From NCBI GenBank assembly GCA_963765675.1, contig CAVXXK010000003.1, forward strand, positions 512,001 through 576,000: 64,000 bases of DNA, given 5' to 3'. Origin of the DNA: an uncultured delta proteobacterium. Lineage in GTDB: Bacteria; Desulfobacterota; Binatia; Binatales; Binataceae. Shown piece by piece: positions 61,354 through 64,000 of this stretch (position 1 is the first letter of the stretch; each line of letters opens with the position of its first letter). The position numbers and the translations under genes were made by a program. The notes beneath the pieces are model-generated. The model worked only from the letters and a program-made list of their open reading frames with translations, was not told the origin of the DNA and searched no databases.

Positions 61354-62070
61354 TCATGCTTCCACTCGGCGGAGCATTTCGTGGTAGGCCTCTTCGACGC
61401 CGCCCAGGTCACGGCGGAAGCGATCCTTGTCGAGCTTCTGGCGCGTCGCCTTGTCCCAGAAGCGGCAGGTGTCGGGACAGATTTCGTCGCCGAGCAGGAT
61501 CTGTCCATGATGCCGCCCGAATTCGAGCTTGAAATCGACCAGCAGCACGCCGCGCTCGTCGAGGAAGCTCGTCAGGAGCTCATTGATGCGCAACGCCTGT
61601 TTTTTGATTTCCGTGAGCTCGGCCTCCGTCGCCCATCCGAACGCGATCGCGTGCTCGGGATAGATCAGCGGATCATCGAGCGGGTCGGACTTGTAATAAT
61701 ACTCGACGAACGGATGCTTCAGCGTCTCGCCCTCCTGGCGGCCGAGTCGCTTGGCGAGTGAACCGGCAACGATATTGCGCACGACGGTTTCGACCGGCAC
61801 GATATCGAGCCGCTTGCACAGCATCTGGCGATCGTCGAGGCGGCGGACGAAATGCGTCTTGACGCCCTGCTTCTCGAGCATCGTGAAGAACAACTCGGAC
61901 ATCCGGTTGTTCATCACGCCCTTGTCTTCGATCGTGCCGCGCTTCTTGGCGTTGAAGGCGGTCGCGTCGTCTTTGAAATACTGGATGATGAGGTCGGGGT
62001 TCGAAGTCGCGTAAAGCTTCTTCGCCTTGCCCTCGTAAAACTGCTCGCCGCGCTGCGGAGTGGATTCCAA
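61354..62070 (-). CDS. purC: SAICAR synthase
   Basis: YEGKAK, FKDDATAFN, DFKLEFG, DEICPDTCRFWD, DKDRFR; AGGAG RBS before TTG 62070. Confidence 0.96.
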   Translation of the reverse strand: MESTPQRGEQFYEGKAKKLYATSNPDLIIQYFKDDATAFNAKKRGTIEDKGVMNNRMSELFFTMLEKQGVKTHFVRRLDDRQMLCKRLDIVPVETVVRNIVAGSLAKRLGRQEGETLKHPFVEYYYKSDPLDDPLIYPEHAIAFGWATEAELTEIKKQALRINELLTSFLDERGVLLVDFKLEFGRHHGQILLGDEICPDTCRFWDKATRQKLDKDRFRRDLGGVEEAYHEMLRRVEA

Positions 62071-62201
62071 ATTCCTGTCTCCTAATGTGTATTTGTCTTT
62101 CAACTATCTGACCACGCCGGCTTGAACAACAAAAGCTTCGCGCGATCTATCCACAAACCAAACTTGTATTCACAGCGCCGCGCCGATTGCGACGCTGGGG
62201 G

Positions 62202-63629
62202 TCATCGCGCTCGCGTCTTGGGCGAGTCACCACCGCCGGGGGCGAAGCGCTCGACCAGCTCCTCGGCCAGGCCGACGTAGCTGCGCGGCGACAGGGCGCG
62301 CAGCGCGGCGCGCGCGGATTCATCGAGCGGGAGCGTCGCGATAAATTCCTCGATCAGCTTGCGGCTGACGGGACGCCCGCGCGTCAGTTCCTTGAGCATC
62401 TCGTAGGGCCGCGGCATCCCGCGCGCCCGCATGAGAGTTTGAATCGCCTCGGCCACGACTTCCCATGCCTGCTCCGCGTCGAGGTCCTCAGCGATTCGGC
62501 GCTCGTTGACCTCGACTCTCGCAAGCCCGCGCTCGAGGGCGGCGAGCGCCACGACGACATGACCGAATGCGGTGCCGATCGCGCGCAGCGCGGTCGAGTC
62601 GGTCAGATCGCGCTGCCATCGCGAGATCGGCAGCTTGGTCCCCAGATGCTCGAACAGGGCGCTCGCGATTCCCAGGTTACCCTCGCAGTTCTCGAAATCG
62701 ATCGGGTTGATCTTGTGCGGCATGGTCGAGCTGCCGGTTTCGCCCTTGACCGCCTTCTGCGCGAAGTAGCCGATCGAGATGTAGCTCCACATGTCGCGGC
62801 AGAATCCGAGCAGGATCGTGTCGAGCCGGACCATGATCGCGAACATCTCGGCGATAAAGTCGTGGCTCTCGATCTGCGTCGTCAGCGGATTCCAGGTGAG
62901 CCCCTGCGCTTCGACGAAGCGGCGCGAATGATCGATCCAGTCGAGCGCGGGCGCGGCGAACCGGTGCGCGTTGAAGTTGCCCACCGCGCCGTTGATCTTG
63001 CCGAGATACTCCTGGCGGCGAAGCTGCGCGAGTTGGCGCTCGAGCCGAGCCGCGAAAATCGCGATCTCCTTGCCGACCGTGGTTGGCGAGGCCTCTTGCC
63101 CGTGCGTCCGCGCCAGCATCGCCAGCGCCTTGTAGCGATGCGCGATCGACGCAATCGCCGCGAGAGTTTTTTCGATTCGTGGAGTCAGCTCATGCTCGGA
63201 AAATTCCTTCAGGATGAGCGCGTAGGCGAGGTTGTTGATGTCCTCGCTGGTGCAGGCGAAGTGCACGATCTCGACTGGCAGCTTCGCATCGAGCGCTGCG
63301 ACTTTTTCCTTGACGAAATACTCGACCGCTTTGACGTCGTGATTGGTCTCGGCCTCGAGCGCTTTGACGCGTGCGGCATCGGCGAGCGAGAAGTCCGCGT
63401 AGATCGCGCGCAGCTTCGCAACTGATGCGGCCGGAATCGACGCGAGCGCCATGAATGCAGGGCTCGCGGCGAGCGACAGGTACCATTCGATTTCGACCCG
63501 GACGCGATAGCGGATAAGCGCAAATTCGCTGAAGTAATTCTGCAGCGCCGCAGTGCGCGCGCGATAGCGTCCGTCGATCGGCGTGACCGCCATCAAGGCT
63601 TCTTCCGCAGCCTGCTTGGCGATGCTCAT
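62202..63629 (-). CDS. purB: adenylosuccinate lyase
   Basis: PIDGRY, TNHDVKAVEY, TSEDINN, RTHGQ, GSSTMPHKINPIDFEN, SRWQRDLTDS. Confidence 0.97.
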   Translation of the reverse strand: MSIAKQAAEEALMAVTPIDGRYRARTAALQNYFSEFALIRYRVRVEIEWYLSLAASPAFMALASIPAASVAKLRAIYADFSLADAARVKALEAETNHDVKAVEYFVKEKVAALDAKLPVEIVHFACTSEDINNLAYALILKEFSEHELTPRIEKTLAAIASIAHRYKALAMLARTHGQEASPTTVGKEIAIFAARLERQLAQLRRQEYLGKINGAVGNFNAHRFAAPALDWIDHSRRFVEAQGLTWNPLTTQIESHDFIAEMFAIMVRLDTILLGFCRDMWSYISIGYFAQKAVKGETGSSTMPHKINPIDFENCEGNLGIASALFEHLGTKLPISRWQRDLTDSTALRAIGTAFGHVVVALAALERGLARVEVNERRIAEDLDAEQAWEVVAEAIQTLMRARGMPRPYEMLKELTRGRPVSRKLIEEFIATLPLDESARAALRALSPRSYVGLAEELVERFAPGGGDSPKTRAR

Positions 63630-64000
63630 GGCTTCGCAAGGCCTCGAAAAGAGCTTTTTCGGTCGGTCAAATCTTTGCCTAATGAATAGGCAAATGGCTC
63701 GTAACCTATCGAAATAGTTCCTAAATATGAGCCAGATAATTCAGAACTAATTGGGTTCGTTTGGTAAATTTCGCAATCTGCGAAACAAACTTCCCAATTA
63801 TCGCTTCGATGGCGGAGCCGCGAGATGATGCGCGCGATTTTTGGATACGTTACAGACCGAGTTGGAAGCAGTTGCTTCACTCAAACACTTTAGCGCAGAT
63901 CCGGCCGCCGAGTAAGGGCGTGAGACGGGAATCAAGTCTCACGGCTTGGCGCGGAGCACCGATGCGGTGGTACCGCAGGCCTCCCGGGTCTTCGTAATTC

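Noticed and set aside
63900-64000. Possible gene end or hairpin (GTGAGAC...GTCTCAC) at the window edge
   Set aside because: Too short and truncated to assign.

Overview
A GC-rich bacterial chromosome segment. Gene content and repeats look like Candidatus Binatia/Binatota, but that is inference only. I found no rRNA, tRNA, CRISPR array or intact transposase. Housekeeping genes include purB-purC-purS-purQ-purL-purF, purU, rsmI, aroQ-accB-accC, ligA, acyP, korAB and gloA. Lipid/acyl-CoA and redox accessory genes include three paralogous acyl-CoA dehydrogenases, a carboxyltransferase, GST, two nitroreductases and a DprE1/DprE2-like pair. Two loci stand out. (1) 929-4269 is an exported three-gene module: a MauG/MbnH-like His/Tyr diheme peroxidase, a Tat-exported metallophosphoesterase-fold protein with a WPW (WxW) motif, and a monoheme cytochrome with a SoxA/TsdA-like Cys. 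(2) 46725-55611 is an 11-gene, tightly coupled minus-strand operon. It joins a bufferin-type RiPP cassette (6-Cys precursor, DUF692 MNIO, DUF2063) to a GNAT, two membrane proteins, a Tat-exported PaoABC-like molybdoenzyme, a small Cys-rich protein and a bicupin, and it diverges from a lone ModB/WtpB permease. Six apparent +1 frameshifts suggest systematic indel errors in the assembly. Several REP/MITE-like palindromic repeats occupy intergenic gaps. All family assignments come from motif recognition by eye; no database searches were run.
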